A stretch of DNA of 64,000 nt from the NCBI RefSeq assembly GCF_009914755.1, contig NC_060930.1; one strand, given 5' to 3'. This DNA comes from the human T2T-CHM13v2.0 reference genome, Homo sapiens. Made by a program: the position numbers and the translations under genes. The notes beneath the pieces are model-generated. The model was given only the letters and a program-made list of their open reading frames with translations, was not told the origin of the DNA and did no database searches. Shown here piece after piece: positions 24,431 to 37,857 of the stretch. Positions within the stretch are counted from its first letter, which is position 1, and each line of letters starts with the position of its first letter.

Positions 24431-24966
24431 GTCCCTCTATAGAGGGACAGAACTAATTTTTATATATATATATATATAGGTGTATATATATATATATATA
24501 GGTGTGTGTATATATATAGGTGTGTGTATATATATAGGTATATATATACATATATGTATATGTATATGTATATGTAAAGGAGAGTTTATTAAGAATTAAC
24601 TCACACAATCACAAGGTTCCACAACAGGCCATCTGCAAGCTGAGGAGCAAGGAGAGTCAGTCTGAGTCCCAAACTGAAGAACATGGAGTCCAATCTTCGA
24701 GGGCAGGAAGCATCTAGCTTGGGAGAAAGATGTAGGCTTGGAAGCGAAACCAGTCTAGTCTTTTCATGTTTTTCTGCCTGCTTTATATTCTGGCCACTTT
24801 GGCAGCTGATTAGATGGTGGCCACCCAGATGAAGGGTGGGTCTGCCTTTCCCAGCCCACTGACTCAAATGATAATCTCCTTTGACAATACCCTCACAGAC
24901 ACACCCAGGATCAATATTTTGCATCCTTCAATCTAATCAAGTTGACACTCAGTATTAACCATTGCA
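24325..24966 (-). mobile_element. HERV-L 5' LTR (MLT2A) with expanded TA/TG microsatellites and an internal duplication
   Basis: Ends ...caagttgacactcagtattaaccattgca; microsatellite block ~24371-24576. Confidence 0.93.
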
Positions 24967-25420
24967 GTCAGTATCTTTTCTTATACTGGTTGGCCATTTA
25001 TATATCTTCTTAGACAAATGTCTATTTAAGTTCTTTGCCCATATTTTAACTGAGTTATATTTGTTGTTGTTACTGTGGAATTTCCTCACATATTCTGAAT
25101 AATAATCTCTTATCAGATATATGATTTGAAAATATATTCTTCCATTCCAAGGGTTGTTTTTCACTCTGATGAGTGTTTTCTTTGTTGTGCAGAAGTTTTA
25201 AGTTTCATGTAGTCCCATTTGTCTATTTTTAGTTCTGTTGCCTGTGCTTTTGATGTCATATTCAAGAAATCATTGTCAAATACAATGTCCTTAAGCTTTT
25301 CTTTTATGTTTTCTTCTAGGAGTTTTATAGTTTTAGGTCTTGGTTTTAGGCCATTAATCTATTTAACCCATTGTGAATACATACTTTTCTATGGTGTAAG
25401 GTAAGGGTCCAAATTTATTA
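24967..25420 (-). mobile_element. L1MB-like, right part (continuation past HERV-L)
   Basis: tatcttttcttatactggttggccatt... resumes L1 ORF2 3' region where 19806 stopped. Confidence 0.85.
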
Positions 25421-25460
25421 TCTAGCTCAGCTCATGATAATTTTATGTCAAAGTTTTTAG

Positions 25461-26107
<647 letters not shown>

Positions 26108-26525
26108 AAGATCTGGTTTATTTTATCATGCCTTCGTTTTTTGTCTTTCTAAGTCCCTTCCTGGTTTGTCTTTTATTTCCCCAATCTAAAATTTTAACCC
26201 TCTCGCTCCTATTTTTTCCAGATTATTCACAACAGGAGGGATTTGTGTATACTAGACTCAAGTTTTGCAGTTGAAGAACATGTATACAAATATAATACTA
26301 GTAATAATTAGTAGTAGTAAAATAATTGATAGAGCCCATAGAGCTTTCTCAGTGGAGTATATTTTTTTTTGAGTAAGTTTCGTCTGTTTTTCAACTCAGA
26401 GGTTTTTCTCAAAATGTGTTGAACATAATTTAACATCTTATATGGAATATAATTTGATATACCACTGGTTTATGAAAATGCCAATTTCACAAGGGTCAAT
26501 CCAATATATTCATGAAGGAGATGTA

Positions 26526-26526
<1 letters not shown>

Positions 26527-26556
<30 letters not shown>

Positions 26557-26650
26557 TTATCATCTTTTATTAAGCACTATAAGTGCCAAGCATTGTGCTA
26601 AGTATCTGATATATTTCTTTGCCTTACCTCTTAGCAACTCCACAGATAGT
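26527..26650 (-). repeat. (CAT)n microsatellite at the tail of a MIR fragment
   Basis: ~10 CAT units then ttttattaagcactataagtgccaagcattgtgctaagt. Confidence 0.7.
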
Positions 26651-28069
26651 CCTGGAAAATGTTCAGGGCAAATTATTAGATAGTTATTTGTTTAATGAAG
26701 GAAAATTGCCTGCGTAACTATAACTGCCCTTTAAAAATAGATTCTGGTCACTGAAAGTCCATTTTGTTCTCCTGAACATTTTGCGTTGTTCGGGATATAC
26801 AATGATAGGACTGCATCTCAGTTAGAAAATAAGAGTTGGAAATATTTTGGGGACAGCTTGATTGAGTGAGAACTTAAAGTTCCTTGGGGTAATAAGGTGG
26901 GGGATAATGCAACAAGATGTAAAGGGTGGTGGTGAGAAAAAGGAATGAGCAGATGTCACGTGTCTAGGACCTTGAGAGGCATAGAACAGATTCTCGCGAT
27001 TTGGAGGTCAAAGTAAACAACAACAAAAAAGCATCCAGTACAGTTAGTTTAAAAGAGCTGTCACTAGTTAATAATTACTAAATAAGTTTAAATTATTTTT
27101 AAAAATAATTAGATGAAATCATAGAACAATAATTATTGGTTTAGTTATAATAGTTATAAATAACTATAGGCTCAGCAAAGACATAATGTTTAAGTGAAAT
27201 ATGGTGAAATATCATGGCATCTGTAAAAACCACATCTCTAAGCATAGTTAATGAAACCGGAAAAAGTAGAATATTTAGTTGTATAGGCCCAATGAGCCAA
27301 ATTATAACAGGGAAAACTGGAAGGCTGTACTTCAAAATATTAACAGGCTCTCTGTAGGTCACCAGATCATAAGAGATCATCTTCTTCCTTTTCTGTAGTT
27401 TCTAAGTTTTCTACAATGAGTAAGTTTCAGTTCCTTAAGATTATAATTTTTAGAATTTAATTCATAAAGCATCATTTTAATTATAAAAATAACTTTTGAA
27501 TAATGTAAAATTCACAATTTAGGAATATATGAGTAACTAACAAGTATTATAAAAATGGAATAGTGCAAAGTCAAGTATAAAGAAGCTCTCAGATTTTAGT
27601 ATGCCAAAAGATCCAAAATTATCTCATGCATTAAGTATTCCATAGCATTAAGCCTTAGAAAATCACTAGAATAATAATCCAGGCTTATAACTAAAATTCC
27701 ACCAAGAGAGGATAGTTTATAATTCTTAATGAAACCAGTAACAAAATACAGTAACAACATAACAAATCCCAAAATAAATACAAATCTTTATCTAAATTAG
27801 CATTTTCTCTAACCATTTAACATACCTAGTCTAGATCAAAGACTCACAGCCTAAAGAGGGGTGGCAAAATTATTACAAATACTACAAATACATATGGTCA
27901 TCTAACACTGTGTGTAATCTGAAAAATACCACACATATGCACTATTGTTTTCTAAATATATGTTGATGATATGGAGAATAGCAAAACACAATTATATTTA
28001 AAAGTTTTACCAAGTTCACATAGGTAATATATCTTCATGTTCCTAATCAATGTGTATTATGTGGGAATT

Positions 28070-28420
28070 CGGCTATGTTTTCAACACTGGATGTGTGCAA
28101 CCTCTACAAAAAACAGTAAAAACCATATTTTGATACAATCCGGGAAATCAGTTATTAATTGAATATTATATGGGACCAAGAACAATTTTTAATTTTGTTA
28201 AGTGTTATGATGTCATTGTGGTTATGTTAAAACATTGTTATGTAGAGGTGAAATAATATAAGATTTGCTTTCAAATATTTCAGCAAAAAAAAAAGGAAAA
28301 AGTGATAGGCAAGCAAATATAAACTATTGATAGTTTTTGAATCTGAGTAATGGTTATATCAAGGTTATATGGTACTATTTACTCTACCTTATGAATGTTT
28401 ATAATTGTTCTTTGATATTA
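28070..28420 (+). mobile_element. Old L1 (L1MC4/L1ME-like) 3' fragment
   Basis: gtcattgtggttatgtt...gaggtgaaataatataagatttgctttcaaatattt...gaatctgagtaatggttatat. Confidence 0.55.
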
Positions 28421-29629
28421 GAAAACTTGAAACTGGGTCATTATACTGAAATCTTGGTGACTATTGAATTAGGTAACTTTTAAAAACATAGCAAATAATG
28501 TTTTAAGAAAAAGAAGTGGGAAAAACTGTTCAATATTTTTTTCTCAAAAGGGTTATCTCAATTTTTAAGGTACCTTTTAACCTGTTGGTAGCTCCTGTAT
28601 TAATATCAAGATACAGTTCACATGACCAAGGAGCCAGGTTATCAAGAGTGTATATTCTACTCCTATACCTTGTGCATAGTCAATTTCTGGGCACAGAGCT
28701 AAACATTTCAAAACAGCAATAAAAGGAACAACCTTGGGTGATTCCTTTCATACTCCCCAAAGAAGATTAGGAAGGATAAGAATCATCACTAGGAAAGGGC
28801 TGAATGAGAATATATCTTATTCCTCAGGTATTAATAAAATATTGGTCTCAGAAACACAGGATTATAATTTTTGTAAGAAGTAAACCAACTTAGATAATTG
28901 TAACAAATCCCAGTAGGCAAAGGGTTTATAATTTTTGGAAGTAAAACTGCCCATTTAGAAAACTAGAATTGATTCTGTTCAAATAATTGTACCCACAGAG
29001 TAAGCACAGTCAACAAGTTTACCAAGATCAGACACCAGCACTCAGATAAACAATCTAAAAATATTCAATTCTGCTGGGGGATGGAGGGGAGAAGAAAGAA
29101 GCAAAGACAAAACTACAGGTATTTAATTTGAGTTTTACTATATTACAATTGTTACTTGTGCCTAATCAGAAATATATCTTGAGGTCTAAAAGTTTTAGAG
29201 TAATTATCATTTTTAAAATAAAAATGATAAAAATGGCTCTCCCAAAAAGCCATGAAGTGGCATCTATGATTTTCTACTTCACCCACCTAGATAACCCACC
29301 ATCAGAAATCAGTCATCATTCTCACTGCTGACCACCAAACCTAGATTTTCCTCCAAAATATAGCACACCTGAGACTTATGGACAAAATGAACTTATAGCT
29401 TGAGTTACATGTTATAATATTCCAGGGTGCCTCTTTTTAATTCCATTTTGTATACTAAACTAAACACTATGGAACATTTTCCTAATTGGGGTATTGTTTC
29501 TTCTTATTTTTAATTTGTTTAAGCTCCTGACAGCCCATCTCAAACAGAAACTTAAAGGCTAGCCATGTAAGTGAATATAAATGAATTGACCTGGTCTCAG
29601 TTTATCTACAATTCATTTATTACAATGTA

Positions 29630-29850
29630 CCTCAATCACTCATCAATTCATCCATTTACTCAGCAAAATATTGATAAATCACCTTTAAAAAACACCACAG
29701 GCACATCCTGTGCTAAGTACTAATAATACAAAAATAAATAAGAAGACATGGTCTCTGCTTTTAAGGGGCTCTAATAACAAATGAAAACAGTAGATACAAA
29801 AACAACTAACAAAACTCCAACAAGGGCTATAGTAGAGACATAAACAGAAG
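29630..29850 (-). mobile_element. L2 3' end
   Basis: attcatccatttactcagcaaaatattga...ctgtgctaagtact...agacatggtctctgcttttaagggg. Confidence 0.65.
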
Positions 29851-31357
29851 TGATTTCAGAGAACATAATGAGAATGTATTGTGAACTAGTTCATCTCAAA
29901 TTAATTAAAATAATAATTGTAGGATTCTGGAATTGTGTATGGGTCTCCAAGCTACAAAGAGGGAGAGGATGTGCAGGTGGAGAAAAGCAGACTAATTTTC
30001 AAAATACTTTACTGCATCATTCAACCCAGTGTTCTGGGGATCTTTGGGCTCTGAACCAACTTGAATTGGGGATATGATTTTCATTTGCAGGATGTCAGTT
30101 TCCTATACAGTGGCATAGGCCATGAGCATGCCAAACCAAACAACAAACAAACAAACATAAAACACGGTGGGTGTGGAAACTTGGCTCTGTGAATTTCTTC
30201 CATACTTGCATTTATTAGGGCAGCTGCTCTTTCAGTCTCTGATTCACTTTGCTTCAGATCCCAGTCCCTTTTGGTTTTCTCTATTTGGATTTAATAACTG
30301 AGTCCTGGATCCTTTAATGCTAAATAATAGGCTGCATAGGGCACTGCCTCTGGTTATTACTTTGTCCATTACAACTATGCCCTAATACCAGGCCCAGGCC
30401 TGGGGATACTGCTGGCCACTTAACCCTTGGGGTAGAGGGAGGGAGATGCCACCCCATGACACTGCCACACCCAGAGCTTACACTTGGCATAGTTACACCT
30501 TTTCCAGCACTGACCACTCTCCCTGCATTTTGCATCCTCTCATTCCTGTTGCAATGTCCAGAGCCCTCATGATGCTTCCTTGCTCTCTGCTTCACATAAT
30601 TCTTCATTCTCCCCAACCAGCGTTTTCTGAACAGTACCCAACATTCCAGACTTTTCCCACCCCCTCTTCCAGTTTCTGATCCTCATTTAAGTGAATGCCT
30701 CATCCTACCAAGGATTCAGTTTCTGCAGAGGAAAGTTGACTCATCTATAAGTCTCTAAGCAAATAGAAAATAAAATAAGTTTTAAAACAACAGATTGAAA
30801 TCTCTGCCACCGAGGGCTCAACACGACCCTTTATGTAGCAGCGCGGGGCGCAGAAGGAATTCAGGGACCCTTTTCCCACTTGCAGTGACTTTTGATGCAT
30901 GTGTTTCAGTAGCTTCTGGAGATGGGCTACGTGGAAATACAGAACGATTCTCAAGTAGATTTGAGACAACTCCGAGGAGTCTGAGAAATTTGGGGGAAGA
31001 ATTTGAACTTGCCTGCAATTCCCAAGCAGTAGAGGAAGTTGGTCGGATGATTACTTGCAGGTTCGTGTTGTCTGTGAAAAAAACAAGTTTGATTAAATAA
31101 TCAGCAAAACCTGGATAGTCAGAAAAGACTTGAGAGCAAGTGAGAAAATTCCAAGTATCCCCTCCATCTTTCTTTTAGTACCTAACACAGTACATGACAC
31201 ATAGAAGGAGCACCACAGATATCTGTTCGATTACACCCTGATTGCACTTACTGCTCTCTGAGGCCAAAAGATATAGGGTCGAACGTTTTGAGCAGAAAAT
31301 AACTGGCTCAAGGCTGAGGAAAAACAACAGTAACACGAACCATAACAACAAAATCTA

Positions 31358-31670
31358 CGCTGGGAGCGGTGGCTCACACCTGTAATCCCAGCACATTGGG
31401 AGACAGAGGCATGCGGATCACATGAGGCCAGGAGTTCGAGATTAGTCTGGCCAACATGGTGAAACCCTGTCTCTACTAAAAATACAAAAAAAAAAAAAAA
31501 AAAAAATTTAGCTGGGCGTGGTGGCACACGCCTGTAATCCCAGCTACTGGGAAGACTGAGGCAGGAGAATCGCTTAAACCTGGGAAGCGGAGGTTACTGT
31601 GAGCCGAGATCGCGCATGGCACTCCAGCTTGGGCAACAGAGCGAAACTCCGTCTCAAAACAACAACAAAA
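31358..31670 (+). mobile_element. AluS, full length
   Basis: Dimeric Alu with long middle A-run; TSD-like AACAACAAAA(T/AC)CTA. Confidence 0.93.
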
Positions 31671-33439
31671 ACCTAAGGAGTGAGATAAGAATAAAGACGT
31701 TTCTTTATTCCTCATAAGAACCCCTCACCAGGTCCTTCCCTAGAAATAAGCTAATTATTGTTAAAATTTATTCAGTTAAAGGAAAAAACGCCATCAATCC
31801 TTTTCTTTCCTCCTTCCCTTCATTATTCAGGTTTCTGAAAGTCTTCCCACTGGCAATACCTCAGAAGGACACCAGAGGACGATGTATTTTAACTGTTCGG
31901 ATTCTCTCTAAAACCCCATCTTTCTTTTTCAGAGTCTCAAATCTCAACTGACAAATTAACCTAAGAACTATTCCACGAAATAAAGTAGAAGCAGCATGCC
32001 TTGTAGAGAAGCCGTGGTATAATGTATTATACTTTAATATTAATATTGTATTTTACACAGAATTTCTGCGAACTGCATGAATACTGATGATTCCAAGCCT
32101 AAACAAGAGGGGGAGTACAATCACAACACTCTGGAGATTAGGTGCTTAAAGCTTTCGAAAACGGCAGCCCGCTTTGTTACTGTGGCCGGTTCCTGGCTGG
32201 GAACAGGCTCCTTTTCGGCACTACCTACTTGATACGTGTGATGTTGTCACAAACATCTAGAAAAAACATTAGTTCTCAGGAAAAGAATAACAGGAGACAC
32301 GTATATTGCCATATGAAAACAAGTATACATACGTGTGTATGCATGTGTATATTTGTACAAATTATGACCCCCTCGAAAACCTATGATCAGTGTCTCAAAT
32401 ATTAACATTACAGATAGTATTCCATCATTCCTGACTGCAACTGACAGGAGTTTCACTGAGAAGTGAGGATCGGAGCTTTGGTGACTCAGCTCTTTGTAGT
32501 CACCCCAGCAGGGTGTGTCATATGAGGGCCACGGAGCATGCATCATCCTGAGGAAGGTGTTTAAAACCAGCTCCCCTCGATGAGACAATCTCAGCGCTCC
32601 CTCTAGCTAAACCTGGCCTTATTGCCCTAACTCTAGTACACCAGATTTAAATATGCTTCACATAAAATACATTTGTCAAAAAGTACTAGAAATTAAGCAC
32701 TTAGAAGCAACATCCAACTTATTAATGAAACTATAATTTTTCCTCAATATCTCAGCAATGATGAAGTAAACTAACTTTAGGGTAGACGTTAAAGCGTTAT
32801 TTGCCATACATTTTTGCAATTCTAGCCCTCTTTAAACCTACTTGCAGAAAGTTATTAGCCCCAATGTCCATAAAATCCTTCTAAAAGAAGCTAATTCTTC
32901 TTCCCCAGCACCCAAAGTTGTTTGTGTTTTCTGTGAAGATATATTTAATATTCAGAAATTACTCTGTGACTTGCAAAATACAACTGACTCAAAATATATA
33001 AGTAGTGGGAGGGATTCTAACCTATAAATAAAAACCTCTTAAGTCTCAAAACATTTTAAGTAATTTTAAAACATTTTAAAATTTTAGAAAATAATTTATT
33101 GAATTAAAATAGTCAGCAATTACTGGTTATTACTAACATGAGCAAAATCACTGACAATTCAACTAAATTAAATCTATGAAAATCTGGGATTTAAGAATAA
33201 TGTATTTATAATTTCTACAGAGGACAAGCCATAAATATTTTAACTTGAGAGTCTCGCATATATACACATTGTGAGCTAAATTAATCAAAACACTTGCTTA
33301 AAAAATTAACTATGCTTGAGGTGTCATGGTAGAGATCATATTTTAATGTATCAGAAAGAGATTTGATGCTTGACTAATTTCATTTAAGTGCATATTTCTT
33401 GATTATCATCCAACATCCCAGAATCTTATTTCCCTCATC

Positions 33440-34160
33440 TGAACCAACAATTAGAAATAGAGCAAATATTATTAGACAACATCCATGAAAATATATTCAA
33501 CTTCATTACCAAAGAAATGCAAATTACAATCTATATAAGAAAAATATAAAAATAATGAAGTATTTTTAAATCAATAAAATATATAGTTTTAATGAGCACA
33601 TGATGAAACTAGTATATTCATACATTGCTAGTTTTAATAAATATTAAAGCAAGTCATTTTGTAAAACAATTTTGCAGCATAGTTCAAAATATAGGATTCC
33701 ATTCATTCGGAAAATCCAGAAGTAATAACTGAGCACCTCCAATTCACCGATTTAGGGACTGGAAATGCAATGACCAGCGTAAAGTGACACACCATCCCCG
33801 TGCTCATATTGCTTGCTGTTCGGTATTATTTTAAATTGAAAGGAAATAGTTGTATGCAGGTGACTATTCTCTGATATTCTCTGAACATAATTTAAATGCC
33901 TAACAGTTGGAAAGGCAACAATTAAATTTTAGCTTATCAATATCCTGTAAAACTATATAACCAATAAAATGAGAATTATGAACAAAGCAATTAGAAAAAT
34001 GTTTCTGACATAGTATTTGCTGAATGAAAAATAGGAATTGATAATGTGTCATGCATGTAAAAAATAACATGTATAGAAAAAGTCTGGAAAGGAACATTAG
34101 AAGAATTTGATGAATTCAATATTTTATATCATGTTCTCCATTACTTTTTGTCACAACAGT
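33440..34160 (+). mobile_element. Highly degraded L1ME-like fragments
   Basis: gaaaatatattcaacttcattaccaaagaaatgcaaatt...; catgtatagaaaaagtctggaaagg. Confidence 0.45.
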
Positions 34161-35333
34161 TTTATATAATCATTTGAAAGTATTAGTAACTGAGAAAAAT
34201 AACGTCTTTTCTATAGTGGACATCATAAAACTTACTGTGGCTATCTCACACAATTGTAAATATCTAATGTGTTTCCTGAATTAAGTTTCATAAGAATTCT
34301 GTATAGTTTATGAAAAATTTAATTTTGATTGTTTTTTGGAAACCATTTAATCTGTGAGATAATTTTTTGCTACTTACATTAATCTAAACATACTTTATAT
34401 ATCATATCTTTCTATTATTCCCTTATTTGATATTATTAGTTTCCTGGGGCCAAATGAGTTTGGAAATGCTAAACTAATAATGTAAAAGTACTTTGAAACC
34501 TGTAAAATGCTTCGTAAATGAAAGATTCTATTATTGTAATGAATGGCTCCTTGATTCATCTTGTTGGGTTTTTTTTTTTTTGTTTCTACTAAGAGGGTTG
34601 CCTTAATAAGATTTTTATCTTGAAAAATCTTTCTTCTGTTCCTTCTCCTTATGAGTAAGAAAGATTGACTTTCCCGAAGGGATGTGAAGACATAGTTGGT
34701 TTATTGTGTTTAAAACACTTAGAGAAGACTGATAAAGTAAGCCCTTACACCATGAGAATGGTAAAATATCATGCTCACAGGGTGAGCCACACACATCACA
34801 CACTGTGACATTGCCTGAACCTAGACAACACGGGAAAAGCCATTTTTCTGCAATTCCTGAGCAGAAACAGAACATCTGAAGTTAGAAGGAAGATGTGTGC
34901 AAGGTGGAGGGTGCAGTGGGATCACACAACCCCTATCTTCAGCGTTTCAGAATGAGAGAGAGGAATTTTAATTGAAGGGATAATGAAAGTTTTGTTTTCT
35001 ATGTTTTCTGTTTATGTTGTATTTGTTTAGCTACTTCTTTTTTCCTACAATAAAAAGCTGAGGCAGGAGGTTACTAAGGATATGGGAAGTTGTGATTTGA
35101 GAGGAGAAGAACCCGCAGAGCTGACAAGGAGACCTGAGCAGACTGGAGAAGGAACTTAAAGGAGGAGACTCAACTCCTTAAGAACCACTAAAAACAACCC
35201 ACATGACATAACTTGTCCTATGACTATAGAAGAAATTGAAGTTATAGTTTAAAACTATCTGAAAAAGAAACTCCTGGCCTACATGGTTACACCAATAGAT
35301 TCTACTAAATATTTGTGAAGAAATACAATTCTG

Positions 35334-35720
<387 letters not shown>

Positions 35721-35791
35721 TTAACACAAAATGAATAAGAGATCTAAATATAAAACATGAAACTATAAAACTAGTTTTGGCTTTCAGTCAG

Positions 35792-35837
35792 CTATAACTA
35801 AATGTACTATAACTAAACATTCTATAACTAAACATTC
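35792..35837. repeat. 15-bp tandem triplication (CTATAACTAAAYRTW)
   Basis: ctataactaaatgta ctataactaaacatt ctataactaaacatt c. Confidence 0.85.
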
Positions 35838-36318
35838 TTCCCTTCAAGTCACTTCTTTTTGAACCCATTTTTTAATCTATAAATTGGAAGACTAACACCT
35901 CTTAAATTGTTACCTGGAAATTATTGCAAATATCAAAAGAAAAAGTATATGCAAACTATTATTATTATTCTCTGATAACATTCCCTAATCTTTAATTAGG
36001 TCAGATGCATCAATCAGATATTAATAAAGAGTATATTTCATGTAGTTTTGAGTTCTTGAGGAATACCAGAATTCAGGGAAAGAAATTTGTCAAATCTAGA
36101 TGATTTGCCAAGTCTAGATGACTGAATTAACAGTAATAAGTGGCCCTATATTTTTAGAACGGATTGTCCTCAGTGTATGTTGAATAAAATCAAATATATT
36201 TTCTTTTGTATTCTTTATGGTTATGTACACCTGATTGGTATACTCTTATAAAGGGACTTCTAAATTTATTATTATGACCTATGTTATTAGACCTAGTGGG
36301 TCAAAAGAAGGAGGCATA

Positions 36319-36597
36319 GGCGGGGCACAGTGGCTCACGCCTGTAATCCCAGACTTTGGGAGGCCGAGGCGGGTGGATCACGAGGTCAGGAGATCGAGAC
36401 CATCCTGGCTAACACGGTGAAACCCCGTCTCTACTAAAAATACAAAAAAATTAGCCGGGCATGGTGGCGGGCGCCTGTAGTCCCAGCTACTCGGGAGGCT
36501 GAGGCAGGAGAATGGCGTGAACCCCGGGGGGCGGAGCCTGCAGTGAGCCAAGATCGCACCACTGCACTCTAGCCTGGGTGACAGCGAGACATCGTCT

Positions 36598-36638
<41 letters not shown>
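36319..36638 (+). mobile_element. AluY, AluYe-lineage
   Basis: gaaccccggggggcggagcctgcag and gacagcgagac variants; 40-nt pure A tail; TSD GAAGGAGGCATA. Confidence 0.9.
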
Positions 36639-36640
<2 letters not shown>

Positions 36641-37114
36641 AAGGAGGCATATAGCTGTGAAGAAAGATCATTCCGAAGTGTTTAAAAAGCTGTAGTTTGC
36701 TGGAGAGCAAGGGAATCTAGCTAAAGCCTCTTAGAAAAATTCAAAGGATGATAAGACTTCCGCTTCCAGAAAGATGAAGTAGATGTACTTTTCTGTATTT
36801 CTCCCTCTAAGAAAAACTAACTAAAATCCCTGGAAATTGTATGTAAAACAAAACAAGAAGATCCTGAAAGAAGAAAGCAGATTAGTCAGAAACCTCAGGA
36901 CTGGAAAATTGACATGTTGGTGAGTTACCTGTTTGTTTGTTTGATTTCTGGCTCATATATTCTAAACTGGATTCAGGAGAAGCCGGAAATGCTAATAAGC
37001 ATGAACAAAAAAGCTCTGAATATAGCCTGTGTTCCCCAGCCAAAAGGCCAAGAGAAGGTCAGTCTAGCAAGACAAAAAACTTTTAGAAAATAACTGCTCT
37101 TCTGTATCTAAACA

Positions 37115-37115
<1 letters not shown>

Positions 37116-37161
<46 letters not shown>
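37116..37161. repeat. (CA)23 microsatellite
   Basis: Directly visible. Confidence 0.97.
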
Positions 37162-37166
<5 letters not shown>

Positions 37167-37706
37167 CCCTGTGATCTCTCCCCAACCCATGACAGAAAAA
37201 ACAAAGATCAGAAGAGACCTAGTGGGGAGCAAAAACTCTGACCCTCACTCAGTAGTAACAAGCAGCCCCCTTCTCCTTGGGTGTCAATAGAAACTGAGTG
37301 GAGATCCTGGACTTCTACCACAACCTGGCAGTAGATAGGCAGTATCTGTCACTTCCTCTGCCAGACAGTGTTAGAGGAAGCCAGCTTAAAAAAAAAAAAG
37401 GTTTAAAGATGATTCAGAGTCTCATAATCTAATATCCAAAATGTCTAGATTTCAATTAAAACATGTGTCATACTATAAACTAAAAGATCTCAAACTCAAT
37501 AAAAAAGACAATCAGAGATGAATTATCTCTCAAAGATTTTAAAGCAGCTATGATAAAGTGCTTCAACAAAAAAATATAAATGTGCTTGAAACAAATGAAA
37601 AAATAGAAAATGTCAGCAAAGAAATAGAAAGTTTCACTCAGCAAAAAAATAAAGAAGAAGAAGAACTCCGTGGAAATTTTAGAAATAAAAAAAAAGAAAA
37701 CACAGC

Positions 37707-37855
37707 AAAAGAAGAAGAAGAAGAGAAGGAGTAGGAGAAGAAGAGGAAAGAAGAAGAAGGAGAAGGAGAAGGAGAAGAAGAAAAGAAGAAGAAGAAGAAG
37801 AAGAAGAAGAAGAAGAAGAAGAAGAAGAAGAAGAAGAAGAAGAAGAAGAAGAAGA
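37707..37855 (+). repeat. Polypurine tract ending in pure (AAG)24 at 37783-37854
   Basis: Directly visible; explains the poly-R/L/S ORFs in the track. Confidence 0.97.
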
Positions 37856-37857
37856 CC

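Larger units (their letters stand above)
19807..24966 (-). mobile_element. HERV-L provirus (MLT2A LTRs), 3'-deleted
   Basis: TG...CA termini, 5-bp TSD GTGAG/GTCAG, two MLT2A LTRs, PBS, decayed gag-pro-RT-RNaseH. Confidence 0.95.
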
